In this document: positions 37,479 to 46,859 of the stretch, piece after piece
How the letters are laid out: the number at the start of each line of letters is the position of its first letter
Position numbering within the stretch: position 1 is the stretch's first letter
Source: Calditrichaceae bacterium
GTDB lineage: Bacteria > Calditrichota > Calditrichia > Calditrichales > JBFXGD01
Reading direction: 5' to 3'
DNA: 64,000 nt
Assembly: GCA_050173015.1 (NCBI GenBank)
Contig: JBFXLE010000002.1
Location: 64,001 to 128,000, forward strand
The notes under the pieces: generated by a model
What the model saw: the letters and a program-made list of their open reading frames with translations, nothing else
Told to the model about the DNA's origin: nothing
Database searches by the model: none
Position numbers and translations under genes: made by a program

Positions 37479-39320
37479 ATGTCAAAAGATGTATATAACG
37501 AGGCGTATTACAAAAAATTTTATAATGAGCTTATCCCAATTCTCAATGGTAAAAATATTAGAACGGTTGATATGGGCTGGCTCGAACGACAGGCCAGGAG
37601 TTTCGCGAATAAGACAAATTATGGCTCCTATGTGTGGTCATCAAAGATATCAAACCGCCTCGCGGCCAAGACTGTTTACCTCGGGAGTGAAAAGGTTCGT
37701 CTGCCAAAGCCGACCGCAGAACATCTTAAACTGATTGAAAACGCGCCGGAGCAGCTTGAAAAAGTCCTGCATCTCGTAAAAACCCTGCCATTTGTCCACG
37801 TTCGCCGTCAAATGGGCAACAATGATAAGTTTAATCCCGTATGCGATTTTTATGTCAGCACAGTTGATCCAAAGAATGTCCGGCTGGCCTATATGTGGGG
37901 CAGCACCATGTTTGATGTCTCCTCAAGACCCGGACCTAATTTTATAATGATTCATATCCCCGAAGAACACATGCTAAGATCTCAAATCCTGGCGCTTCCG
38001 GAGTATAATCTTAATATCGCCCTTGGGTCTGACTACCTCGGGGAGGATAAAAAAGGCTTTTTGAGACAGGCTATGTGGAGAGCTGATGAGCAGGGGATGC
38101 TTGGATTGCATTCCGGCAGCAAGATTGTAAAAGTACGCGATCCCAGGGAAGGAAGATTAAAAAAGTACGGTGTATTCTTGTTTGGAATGACCGCGACCGG
38201 AAAATCAACATGGTCTTGTCACCAGTTGGGACTTGATCAAGAGAGAGGTGAAACTACTGAAGTCGGTCAGGATGATATAACGTTTCTCGCTCCCGACGGC
38301 TCGGCGCTCGGTTCTGAAAATAATTTCTATGTAAAAACGGATGTCATGCCCGATCAGCAGGAAGCCATGTACAACGCGTTAATAGACAAGTCCGCGCTGA
38401 TCGAAAATGTTATGCTGGATGCTAAGGGTGATCTTGATTTTCTGGATGAGAGCCTATGTGGAAACGGTCGCGCGGTAGTGTTCAGAGAAAAATTACGTGT
38501 AAAAAGGGGCAACAAGCTCATCAACATCAGCGCTCCTACAATCAACCTGCCGACTCTTGATGAAATGGACGGATTAATTTTCGCTTTCATTACTCGCAGA
38601 AATACCATCATGCCGTTTGCTCAGGAGTTAACTCCGGAACAAGGAGTTCTTGCCTATCTTTGGGGTGAATCGACGCACAGTTATGCTTCAAGCCCGGAAA
38701 AGGCGGGTGAATCGGTCAGAATAGTAGGAACCGACCCGTTTATTATCGGATCTCGAGGCAAGAAGGTAAATCGTTTTCATGATATTATCATGATGCTTGT
38801 CGATAAATATCCCGGCAAGATCCGTTTTATGATGTATAACACCGGCGGCATGGGTGAGATTATTGAAGACATCGAAGAGAACGGAAGCATCAGGAAAAAA
38901 ATGGTTAGAAAAACAGACAGGGTACCGCTGAGTCTTATGGCTGCCATTCAACGCGGAGATTTGAGAGGCACCAATACCTATGAAGATGGAATTCTAGGCA
39001 CAAAATCAATTGTGGCAGTAGAAGGAAAGCCGATCCCCGAATATGATATCAGCAATTTTTATACGCCTGAACAGATCGATTATTATATTAAAGATCTTGT
39101 GGATGGGCGAAAAAAATACACGAATCTCATCGCATCCGAGGGATTGAAGCCGGAAATCATCAGGGCCGCGGAGAAGTCATTCCGTATTGATCCTTCTCAG
39201 CGCAAAGAGATGTTCACCGTGCCATTCTCAACCGGTAAAGAAAAAGAACCTGTTGTGCTTATAAAATCGGATGAACCCGTCTCCCGACCAAGGAAACCCG
39301 GAAGCTGGCGGTGGCGTTGA
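37479..39320 (+). CDS. pckA: Phosphoenolpyruvate carboxykinase (ATP-type fold), divergent
   Basis: YLGEDKKG, GLHSGSK, FGMTATGKST, GQDD, SENNFYVKT, IENV, NGRA, GTDPF, YNTG. Confidence 0.82.
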   Translation: MSKDVYNEAYYKKFYNELIPILNGKNIRTVDMGWLERQARSFANKTNYGSYVWSSKISNRLAAKTVYLGSEKVRLPKPTAEHLKLIENAPEQLEKVLHLVKTLPFVHVRRQMGNNDKFNPVCDFYVSTVDPKNVRLAYMWGSTMFDVSSRPGPNFIMIHIPEEHMLRSQILALPEYNLNIALGSDYLGEDKKGFLRQAMWRADEQGMLGLHSGSKIVKVRDPREGRLKKYGVFLFGMTATGKSTWSCHQLGLDQERGETTEVGQDDITFLAPDGSALGSENNFYVKTDVMPDQQEAMYNALIDKSALIENVMLDAKGDLDFLDESLCGNGRAVVFREKLRVKRGNKLINISAPTINLPTLDEMDGLIFAFITRRNTIMPFAQELTPEQGVLAYLWGESTHSYASSPEKAGESVRIVGTDPFIIGSRGKKVNRFHDIIMMLVDKYPGKIRFMMYNTGGMGEIIEDIEENGSIRKKMVRKTDRVPLSLMAAIQRGDLRGTNTYEDGILGTKSIVAVEGKPIPEYDISNFYTPEQIDYYIKDLVDGRKKYTNLIASEGLKPEIIRAAEKSFRIDPSQRKEMFTVPFSTGKEKEPVVLIKSDEPVSRPRKPGSWRWR

Positions 39321-39391
39321 TTCGTGTGATCCGGGATATAAATGATAATATCAGACAGATTATGATCAAGAAAACCATGCAGGAATGATCG

Positions 39392-39808
39392 ATGGAGAGA
39401 ACGTTAGCTATTATAAAACCTGACGGTGTCGCGGCCGGACTTATCGGTGAAATCATCAGCAGAATAGAGAAGGAAGGTATTAATATTATCGGGATGAGGC
39501 TGGAACATCTCGACCGGCGGAAAGCGGAAGGATTCTATTTTGTTCACCGCCAAAAACCTTTTTTTAATTCACTCATAGATTATATGACTTCGGGACCGTG
39601 TGTCCTGATGATACTGGAAAAAAACGATGCTGTCAAAAGCTGGAGAAGCCTGACCGGTGTGACAGACCCGGCAAAAGCGGCCAGAGGGACCATTAGGGGG
39701 GATATGGGCACCAGCATCGAAAGAAATGTGGTACACGGTTCCGATTCGCAGGAATCCGCTTCATTTGAGATTAATTACTTTTTTAAAGGAACAGAAATTT
39801 TTAAATAG
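39392..39808 (+). CDS. ndk: Nucleoside diphosphate kinase
   Basis: ERTLAIIKPDG, MTSGP, GTIRGD, RNVVHGSD. Confidence 0.97.
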   Translation: MERTLAIIKPDGVAAGLIGEIISRIEKEGINIIGMRLEHLDRRKAEGFYFVHRQKPFFNSLIDYMTSGPCVLMILEKNDAVKSWRSLTGVTDPAKAARGTIRGDMGTSIERNVVHGSDSQESASFEINYFFKGTEIFK

Positions 39809-39898
39809 AACATTCGCCTTGACAATTGTTTGATTTCTTTCGATTTTTAATCCATTAAAATATTCAGATAACCTTTATTTATTAACTAGTCAAATATA

Positions 39899-41809
39899 AT
39901 GAATAAACATACAATCATTGGTATGGCCGGACATATCGACCATGGCAAAACCGCTATTATCAGAGCCTTAAGCGGCATCGAAACCGATCGTCTTAAGGAA
40001 GAGATAGAACGCGGGATTACGATCGATATAGGTTTTGCTTATTGGAAGAACAATGTAACTATTATTGATGTACCCGGGCATGAACGTTTTGTAAGAAATA
40101 TGATAGCCGGCGTTAGTACAGTTAATTTGTTTTTGCTGGTCATAGCTGCAGATGACGGTATCATGCCTCAAACGATAGAGCATCTGGAAATTCTAAAATT
40201 TTTTGGGGTGGGTAACGGTGTTGTCGCCTTAAACAAGTCAGATCTGGTGGATGATGATTGGTTGTCATTGGTACGGGAAGATATAGATCAATTTCTTTCC
40301 GTACACGGATTTAATAATGTACCCGTGATCCCGGTATCCGCCGTAAAAGGCGATGGTATCAGTGAACTGGAAATGGTACTCATGCAAAAAATAGAGGGAT
40401 TAAAGCATGTTGAAAATGAGAGACCATTCAGGCTGAATGTGGATCGCAGTTTTTCCGCAAAAGGCTTCGGATCTGTTGTAACCGGTACAATCTTATCATC
40501 GGTGATTAAAACAGGAGATCGCGCTGAAATTCTGCCGGCCTTTAATGAAACGCGCATTAAGGGTATACAAGTCCATCAGCATGAAGTCGTGGAAGCGCAT
40601 TCTGGTCAGCGGGCTGCTGTTAACCTGGCCGGTGTAAACAAAGAAGAATTACCGAGAGGGGTAGTGATAACAGAACCGGGTCTGATAGCCACCGCATCAG
40701 AATTTCTTGCTGTCATTACCACAGTATCAAATCTCAAATTTAAATTAAAGAAACATATGACGGTAAGAGTGCATCTTGGAACCGCTGAATACACGGGAAA
40801 AATATTTTGGTTTGATGACCAGCGTTCACCGGGAGCCAGTGAAATGCTGCATGTCCGGATTAAAGTAAATGAGACGGCTGTCACGGCACCGGGGGATCCT
40901 GTTCTAATAAGGAGCTTCTCTCCGGTCACGACGATTGCAGGTGGTCGGGTACTGGAAATCAATCCACCAAAACTAAGACGTGATCCAAAAGTCTGGGATG
41001 CTTACTTTGGGATTCTAAAAAATGGCGGTCTGAATGACAAAATTAAGCAGATGTTCAGTTTTTCTGGATACAGATCGATCACAAACAAAGAAATTCAGCA
41101 AGCATGGTTCGAAAGACCTGAAAAAATTGATGATATTTTACAGAAGCTCGTAAAACAGAATGCGCTCATTGTTTTCGAGCAAAAAAATATCCGGCATTTT
41201 ATTTCTACAAAGAAATTAGAAGAGGGGCAGTATCAGATAATAGATATGCTCGGAAAAGAATTGTCTGAAAAAAAATATAAAAAAGGGCTGAATTTTAAAG
41301 AAGTTTTTAATCTCGCAAAGAAAATGCAAATGAGTGAAGTATTTCTTGAACGCGTATTGGGAAGAGGCGTAAATACCGAATCCATCTTTTTCAACGGAGA
41401 AGTGTATTTCACGGAAAATATAAAAAAATCGCGGGAAATGGACGTTATCAGGGAAAAAGTTGAAACCCGTTTCAGACGTGACCGGTTTACCGTGCCGGAT
41501 CTTCCGGCATTAGCAAAAGATTTCAATGTTTCCCTGCAAGACGCCAAAACAATCTCAGGTGAGTTGGTTAAAGATGGTATTCTCATCTCAATCAATGGTC
41601 AGTTTTATATACACAAAGATTCACTTGGGGACCTGATTTCTTTTCTAAAGCAACATTTCGAAAAAAACGATGAATTAGAGGTCACCGGCCTGAAAGATTT
41701 TTTAGACAGCAGCCGAAAATATGTAATTCCCCTGATCGAATATTGTGACCGGGCGGGATATACTATTAGGAAAGGAAACAACAGGGTAAAAGGCGTTTTT
41801 CCGGAATAG
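39899..41809 (+). CDS. selB: Selenocysteine-specific elongation factor
   Basis: [35 protein letters not shown]-terminal winged helix [14 protein letters not shown]. Confidence 0.96.
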   Translation: MNKHTIIGMAGHIDHGKTAIIRALSGIETDRLKEEIERGITIDIGFAYWKNNVTIIDVPGHERFVRNMIAGVSTVNLFLLVIAADDGIMPQTIEHLEILKFFGVGNGVVALNKSDLVDDDWLSLVREDIDQFLSVHGFNNVPVIPVSAVKGDGISELEMVLMQKIEGLKHVENERPFRLNVDRSFSAKGFGSVVTGTILSSVIKTGDRAEILPAFNETRIKGIQVHQHEVVEAHSGQRAAVNLAGVNKEELPRGVVITEPGLIATASEFLAVITTVSNLKFKLKKHMTVRVHLGTAEYTGKIFWFDDQRSPGASEMLHVRIKVNETAVTAPGDPVLIRSFSPVTTIAGGRVLEINPPKLRRDPKVWDAYFGILKNGGLNDKIKQMFSFSGYRSITNKEIQQAWFERPEKIDDILQKLVKQNALIVFEQKNIRHFISTKKLEEGQYQIIDMLGKELSEKKYKKGLNFKEVFNLAKKMQMSEVFLERVLGRGVNTESIFFNGEVYFTENIKKSREMDVIREKVETRFRRDRFTVPDLPALAKDFNVSLQDAKTISGELVKDGILISINGQFYIHKDSLGDLISFLKQHFEKNDELEVTGLKDFLDSSRKYVIPLIEYCDRAGYTIRKGNNRVKGVFPE

Positions 41810-41878
41810 CGTAATAAAACGCGTTAAAGAAATTTCAAATTTATCATGTAAAAAATGTTAATATCGGTGTGGTCGTCA

Positions 41879-42703
41879 ATGAAATCTTTGATAAAAAAAA
41901 TCAGCCTATATATTATAATTCTACTGATTTGTATCTGGATTATCGCACCATATTTATGGCAGCTGCTGACTTCTTTCACACCAACATCGGAAATTGCCAA
42001 GTTACCACCGCTGATGCCTTCACGAATCGATATCACTCATTATGCCGCTGTTCTGAATGATATTAATTTCAGACATTTTATCATAAATAGTTTTATTGTC
42101 GCCACCATAACCGCTTTGTTTTCAATCGCCTTAGGTTCCATGGCATCCTTCGCTACCGCAAAACTCAAGTTTAGATTTAAACCGCTGGTTTTAAGTATTA
42201 TCCTCGCCGTATCAATGTTCCCACCGATTGCCATTGTGAGTCCATTGTATCTGATGATCCGATACGCGCAGCTGAGAGATACATATCTTGCGCTGATTTT
42301 ACCATATACATCATTTGCATTGCCATTTATGGTCTGGACTCTCCATAACTTTTTTCGGGAGATACCTGATGAAATTCTTGACGCGGGAAAAATTGACGGA
42401 TGCAACACAGGGCAATTATATTCAAAAATAATTATTCCGCTTACGCGACCGGCCATATTTACAACGGGAATACTTGTTTTTATTTTTGCGTGGAATGAGT
42501 TTATTTTCGCGTTGACTTTCACATCCACACCATCAGCGCAAACCATACCGGTTGGGATCGCCCTGTTTCCGGGTATTTATGAGGTTCCATGGGGTGACAT
42601 CGCCGCCGCATCCATAGTAATTACGCTGCCATTGATAATCCTGGTGATGATATTGCAGAAATATATAATTTCAGGTTTGCTCTCAGGATCAGTTAAAGGA
42701 TAA
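41879..42703 (+). CDS. Carbohydrate ABC transporter permease (MalG/SugB type)
   Basis: NSFIVA, SMFPP, EAA-like loop EILDAGKIDG, AWNEF, QKYIISGLLSGSVKG. Start is 41879 or 41855. Confidence 0.9.
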   Translation: MKSLIKKISLYIIILLICIWIIAPYLWQLLTSFTPTSEIAKLPPLMPSRIDITHYAAVLNDINFRHFIINSFIVATITALFSIALGSMASFATAKLKFRFKPLVLSIILAVSMFPPIAIVSPLYLMIRYAQLRDTYLALILPYTSFALPFMVWTLHNFFREIPDEILDAGKIDGCNTGQLYSKIIIPLTRPAIFTTGILVFIFAWNEFIFALTFTSTPSAQTIPVGIALFPGIYEVPWGDIAAASIVITLPLIILVMILQKYIISGLLSGSVKG

Positions 42704-42913
42704 GGCCGAAAACATCACATTTGGAGTCATTGAAGCAGATTGTTAATCCGGATTCTGAATTCCCGAAATAAAACACATGAGGATATGAGGACATAATGAT
42801 AAAGGCATCACGATTGAATGACAACAAATAAATTGTTCTTATAAAATAAATTGTTTCATAATCATTTTTTTTTATATTTGTAGGACCGCAAATATTGATG
42901 AGGTAAAGTTTTT

Positions 42914-43396
42914 ATGGATTTAAAAATCGTAAAAATCGATAAACCTGAAGATATGAACTTCATATTAGGCCATTCCCATTTTATAAAAACCGTTGAAGAT
43001 ATTCACGAAGCAGTCATGAACGTTAATCCTTCCATAAAATTCGGTCTGGCGTTTTGTGAAGCTTCTCAGGAGGCGCTTGTACGATTCAGCGGGACGGATG
43101 ATGATTTAATCGAGTTAGCCAAGAAAAACGCGCTTAATTTAAGCGCCGGACACAGTTTTATACTGTTTCTCGGAAATGCTTTTCCGGTAAATGTGCTGAA
43201 TACCATCAAAATGGTGCCGGAAGTAACGAGAATATTTTGCGCGACCGCAAATCCTGTGGAAGTTATCCTGGCTGAAACCGGACAGGGGAGAGCTATTTTA
43301 GGCGTCGTTGACGGCATGAAGACAAAAGGTATTGAACAGGAAAAAGATATCAAAAAAAGAAAAGATTTCCTGCGAATGATCGGATATAAATTTTGA
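42914..43396 (+). CDS. DUF355 adenosine-specific kinase family protein
   Basis: GHSHFIKTVEDIHEA, FGLAFCEAS, AGHSF, FCATANPVEV, GRAILGVVDG, IGYK. Confidence 0.88.
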   Translation: MDLKIVKIDKPEDMNFILGHSHFIKTVEDIHEAVMNVNPSIKFGLAFCEASQEALVRFSGTDDDLIELAKKNALNLSAGHSFILFLGNAFPVNVLNTIKMVPEVTRIFCATANPVEVILAETGQGRAILGVVDGMKTKGIEQEKDIKKRKDFLRMIGYKF

Positions 43397-43425
43397 GAAC
43401 ATGGCACGGTAATTCCGGGGAGTGA

Positions 43426-44046
43426 ATGGAAAATCTCTTAGACCTATATGAATTCTACATCCAAACGCAGCCATCATCGGGTAAAGTAAAAACTGCAACG
43501 ACAATGCTTATTCATGTGTGTAAAGCTCTTGATGTAAATGCTCCTGAAGAAGTAACCGTCGATTTATTTGAAGAAATACCACGCGCTATAGGCGAATTTT
43601 ATCAGTCATCCCCGGGTAAAGCGCTGCACGATAAAAGTGTGCTTGCGGAAATGATCGGTCATTACGGTCCAAGAGACGGATGGGAAAAACCTTTTGAATA
43701 TCTGCTAAATGATCCCGATGAAAACCTGCGTCAGTTCACATTATCTGCCCTGCAGTTTTACGGAGAAACGCATAGCGAATCGATTATTCCGTATATCGAA
43801 AGGTATAAAAACTCTGAAAACCAGCTCATTAAAGATGTAACCGCCAATCTCGTGGGAAAGCTGTTATGTTCAGAACATTCCGAGCCCCTGAAAATGAGAC
43901 TAAAAGAATGGGCGGAGAACGGTGACCGGGAATTTATAGATAATGTAGGCAGATTTCTGGAGAATCAACTCAGCAGAAATGAAAACATCACTAACACGGA
44001 TATAGGCGAGTGGTTCCGGGTTATGTTTGAGGACCATACTAAATAA
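43426..44046 (+). CDS. Hypothetical alpha-helical protein with HEAT-like repeats
   Basis: LLNDPDENLRQFTLSAL and KNSENQLIKDVTANLVG HEAT-like units; GGGGAG RBS. Confidence 0.6.
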   Translation: MENLLDLYEFYIQTQPSSGKVKTATTMLIHVCKALDVNAPEEVTVDLFEEIPRAIGEFYQSSPGKALHDKSVLAEMIGHYGPRDGWEKPFEYLLNDPDENLRQFTLSALQFYGETHSESIIPYIERYKNSENQLIKDVTANLVGKLLCSEHSEPLKMRLKEWAENGDREFIDNVGRFLENQLSRNENITNTDIGEWFRVMFEDHTK

Positions 44047-44080
44047 AACGCAATTATAATGCAGCTCAACCGGTATAACG

Positions 44081-45052
44081 ATGAATTCAATCACAAATAA
44101 AATCATATATGTCATGTCTCTGACGTTTCTGGTCTCCTGTTATCAAATGCCCGGAGAAAAAGAGCCGCCAAAAATCGAAGATACGGGCTATCAGTTTTAT
44201 TCAATGGCTTATGCTTCCTATCAGGCCGGGCAATTTGATAAGGCTTTGGAGCAAATTGATAAAGCTATCCGGTTGAACAGGTATATTGCTAAATTTTTTC
44301 ATCTTAAAGGTGATATATTCATTGCAAAAAAAGACCCGGATAAAGCGCTTACCGCCTATGAGCAGGCGGTGTCGTTAAGGTCTTTCAGCCCCGATATTTT
44401 GGAAAAGATGGCACAAATTTATATCGAAAAAGGTCAGTTTGCCGACGCGATACAGAGCAAGAAAAAAGTTCTTGTTAACCGGCCGGAAAAATATGACCAG
44501 CATCTTGATATTTCAGAGCTCTATTTAAAACTCAACCAATCAGATTTTGCCATGAATTCCGCGGGAGTTTATAAAAAAGAGATCACCGAAAAAAAATTAA
44601 TTCTAAGCGGCAGATATTTCCAGATCATGGGCCGGATATATTATGCGAAAATTGATTATGAAAATTCTATTATCTTTTATTTAAAAGCAGTTCAAACCGG
44701 ATTCAGTCTGGAGCCCGGCGATAATCAAAAATTTTTGTTTTCATATTTCGGGTTAAAACAGTATGAAAACGCGTATAATTATCTTCTGCGGTTAAAACCG
44801 GAAAACCTGCCGGAAGCGGATATTCATTTTTTCAGAGGATTATATTACTATAACAAACAGAATTATAAAGACGCTCAAACGCAGCTGGAACTTTCTCTGC
44901 AAAAAAAGACCGGTATCAATAAAGTCTATCTTTACCTCGCCAAAACCTACCTTAAAGTTGGAAAAAACACCGATTCGGATACCATGTTTGATGTTTATAA
45001 AAAAATAACCGGGTTCGATTCATGGAATGATGAATTCAGCGTTAATAATTAA
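44081..45052 (+). CDS. TPR-repeat lipoprotein
   Basis: Lipobox FLVS|C; multiple TPR-like helical repeats. Confidence 0.8.
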   Translation: MNSITNKIIYVMSLTFLVSCYQMPGEKEPPKIEDTGYQFYSMAYASYQAGQFDKALEQIDKAIRLNRYIAKFFHLKGDIFIAKKDPDKALTAYEQAVSLRSFSPDILEKMAQIYIEKGQFADAIQSKKKVLVNRPEKYDQHLDISELYLKLNQSDFAMNSAGVYKKEITEKKLILSGRYFQIMGRIYYAKIDYENSIIFYLKAVQTGFSLEPGDNQKFLFSYFGLKQYENAYNYLLRLKPENLPEADIHFFRGLYYYNKQNYKDAQTQLELSLQKKTGINKVYLYLAKTYLKVGKNTDSDTMFDVYKKITGFDSWNDEFSVNN

Positions 45053-45222
45053 TTGAGAATTTTATCATCTCTTACAATCTGACGATCCTATCCAAACCAG
45101 ATAATTTTTTCACAATTCTATCATTTTTTATTCTGTCAGGAAGTACTTGGAATATTGTTTAAATATTTTTAGATTATATTTTTATTTATCATTGATTTAA
45201 CAGAGATTATTACGATACTGAT

Positions 45223-46023
45223 ATGCCAGAATTACCAGAAGTCGAAACAGTCGCGGGTGAACTCAGATCCTTGGTTACAGGAAAAGTGATTGGCGATGTC
45301 AGGCCTTTTTGGGCTAAATCATTTCAAAACAAGTCTCAGGAACCGTTGACCGGCCAAAGGATTGAATCAATAGGACGTAAGGGAAAATACCTTATATTTC
45401 GGCTTTCGAATACGTTCTTAATTATTCATTTACGAATGACCGGCCAGCTTATTTATCAAACTAATACAAGTAGTATGTCAGAAAATCATGTTCGGGCTAA
45501 AATCAACTTTGATGACGGGAGTTCATTGAATTTTAAAGACACCCGTAAGTTCGGACGGATTTATCACGTGGATCACGATGAATCGTTTCTGGAGAAGGTG
45601 GGTTGTGATGCTCTCGATCCGAAAATGGACGTCGGTACATTTACAAAATTATTGACGCTCAGCAGGATGAGTATAAAAGCATTTCTTCTTTCTCAGAAAT
45701 ATATTTCGGGGCTCGGTAATATTTACGTTGATGAATCTCTTTTTCGGGCAGGGATCCATCCCGCGGCATCAGCGGCGGAAATTTCTGCTCAAAGCGCGGG
45801 AGAACTTTTTCGGGTTCTTCAGCAAGTTTTGAGAGCGGCTGTAAAAAATATGGGAACTACAATATCCGACTATCGGGATGCTTTTGGGAATTCAGGTAAT
45901 AATCAGCGTTTTTTGAAAGTTTACGGAAGACAAGGCTTACCCTGTAATGTATGCGGCACCCCGGTAAAGAAAATCAAATTGGCGGGAAGAGGAACTCATT
46001 TTTGTCCGATGTGTCAAACCTGA
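45223..46023 (+). CDS. mutM: Formamidopyrimidine-DNA glycosylase
   Basis: MPELPEVE, RKGKY, HLRMTG, GLGNIYVDE, C4 Zn finger. Confidence 0.97.
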   Translation: MPELPEVETVAGELRSLVTGKVIGDVRPFWAKSFQNKSQEPLTGQRIESIGRKGKYLIFRLSNTFLIIHLRMTGQLIYQTNTSSMSENHVRAKINFDDGSSLNFKDTRKFGRIYHVDHDESFLEKVGCDALDPKMDVGTFTKLLTLSRMSIKAFLLSQKYISGLGNIYVDESLFRAGIHPAASAAEISAQSAGELFRVLQQVLRAAVKNMGTTISDYRDAFGNSGNNQRFLKVYGRQGLPCNVCGTPVKKIKLAGRGTHFCPMCQT

Positions 46024-46040
46024 AAATGAGGATTAACAGA

Positions 46041-46835
46041 ATGGAAGATAGACAAATTGTAACTTTTTTGAGTGATTTTGGAACACTTGACGGCTATGCC
46101 GGCAGTGTCAAAGGCGTCATAAAATCACTCGCGCCGGCTGCTGAAATCATTGATATCACGCATGAAATTGCCGCCTTTGATATAAATGCCGCGGCATTCA
46201 CGCTGATGAATTTCTACTCTTATTACCCAAAGGATACCGTTCACCTCGCGGTGGTCGATCCCGGAGTTGGCGGGGCGCGCCGCGCTTTAATAATCCGGAC
46301 CGCCCATCATACCTTTGTCGGTCCTGATAATGGTATTTTTAAGTATATCCTGTCCAGGGAGGCATACACATCCTACGAAATAGATATCAATAAAATATCC
46401 GGTGGGGCCGAAAGTTCGACTTTTCATGCCAGGGATATCTTTGCTCCCGTTGTGGCGAAACTGTTAAAAGGCGTACCCATGCACAAACTTGGACGAAAAC
46501 TGGATAACAGGACGGAAATGCCTCATGCTTTTTTTGCAAAAGAAGGCGGAGAGTTAGCTGTTGAACCCATCGCCATCGATCGGTTCGGGAATATTATTAC
46601 CGGTTTTTCAAGAGCGGATCTGTTCAGGCTAAAAAAGGAAAAAATAACATCAATCACGACAAAAAAGTTTAAAACATCGGAGATAAACAGATATTATACT
46701 GAAAAAGAACCTGGAGAGCTTTTAGCCTTATGGAACAGTCAAAATTATCTTGAAATAGCTGTTTGCAGAGGGAGTGCCAGGGAAATACTGGATTTCAATC
46801 CTGTCAAAGACAGAATTTATTTAAAATTTGAATAG
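46041..46835 (+). CDS. SAM hydroxide adenosyltransferase (DUF62; fluorinase/chlorinase family)
   Basis: LSDFG, DITH, VVDPGVG, GPDNG, STFHARDIFAP, DRFGN, LEIA. ATG 46041 follows GAGGA. Confidence 0.92.
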   Translation: MEDRQIVTFLSDFGTLDGYAGSVKGVIKSLAPAAEIIDITHEIAAFDINAAAFTLMNFYSYYPKDTVHLAVVDPGVGGARRALIIRTAHHTFVGPDNGIFKYILSREAYTSYEIDINKISGGAESSTFHARDIFAPVVAKLLKGVPMHKLGRKLDNRTEMPHAFFAKEGGELAVEPIAIDRFGNIITGFSRADLFRLKKEKITSITTKKFKTSEINRYYTEKEPGELLALWNSQNYLEIAVCRGSAREILDFNPVKDRIYLKFE

Positions 46836-46859
46836 ATAAGGATTTATCTCAATACCGCC

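Noticed and set aside
39317-39394. 23-codon ORF (TTG overlapping the pck stop) ending in a UGA in frame with ndk
   Set aside because: No RBS or recognisable motif. NDK is complete from ATG 39392 and I know of no Sec-containing form.
42823-42855. AAATAAATTGTT direct repeat (18-bp period) upstream of the DUF355 gene
   Set aside because: Only two AT-rich copies. It is not a CRISPR array and cannot be assigned to a regulator.
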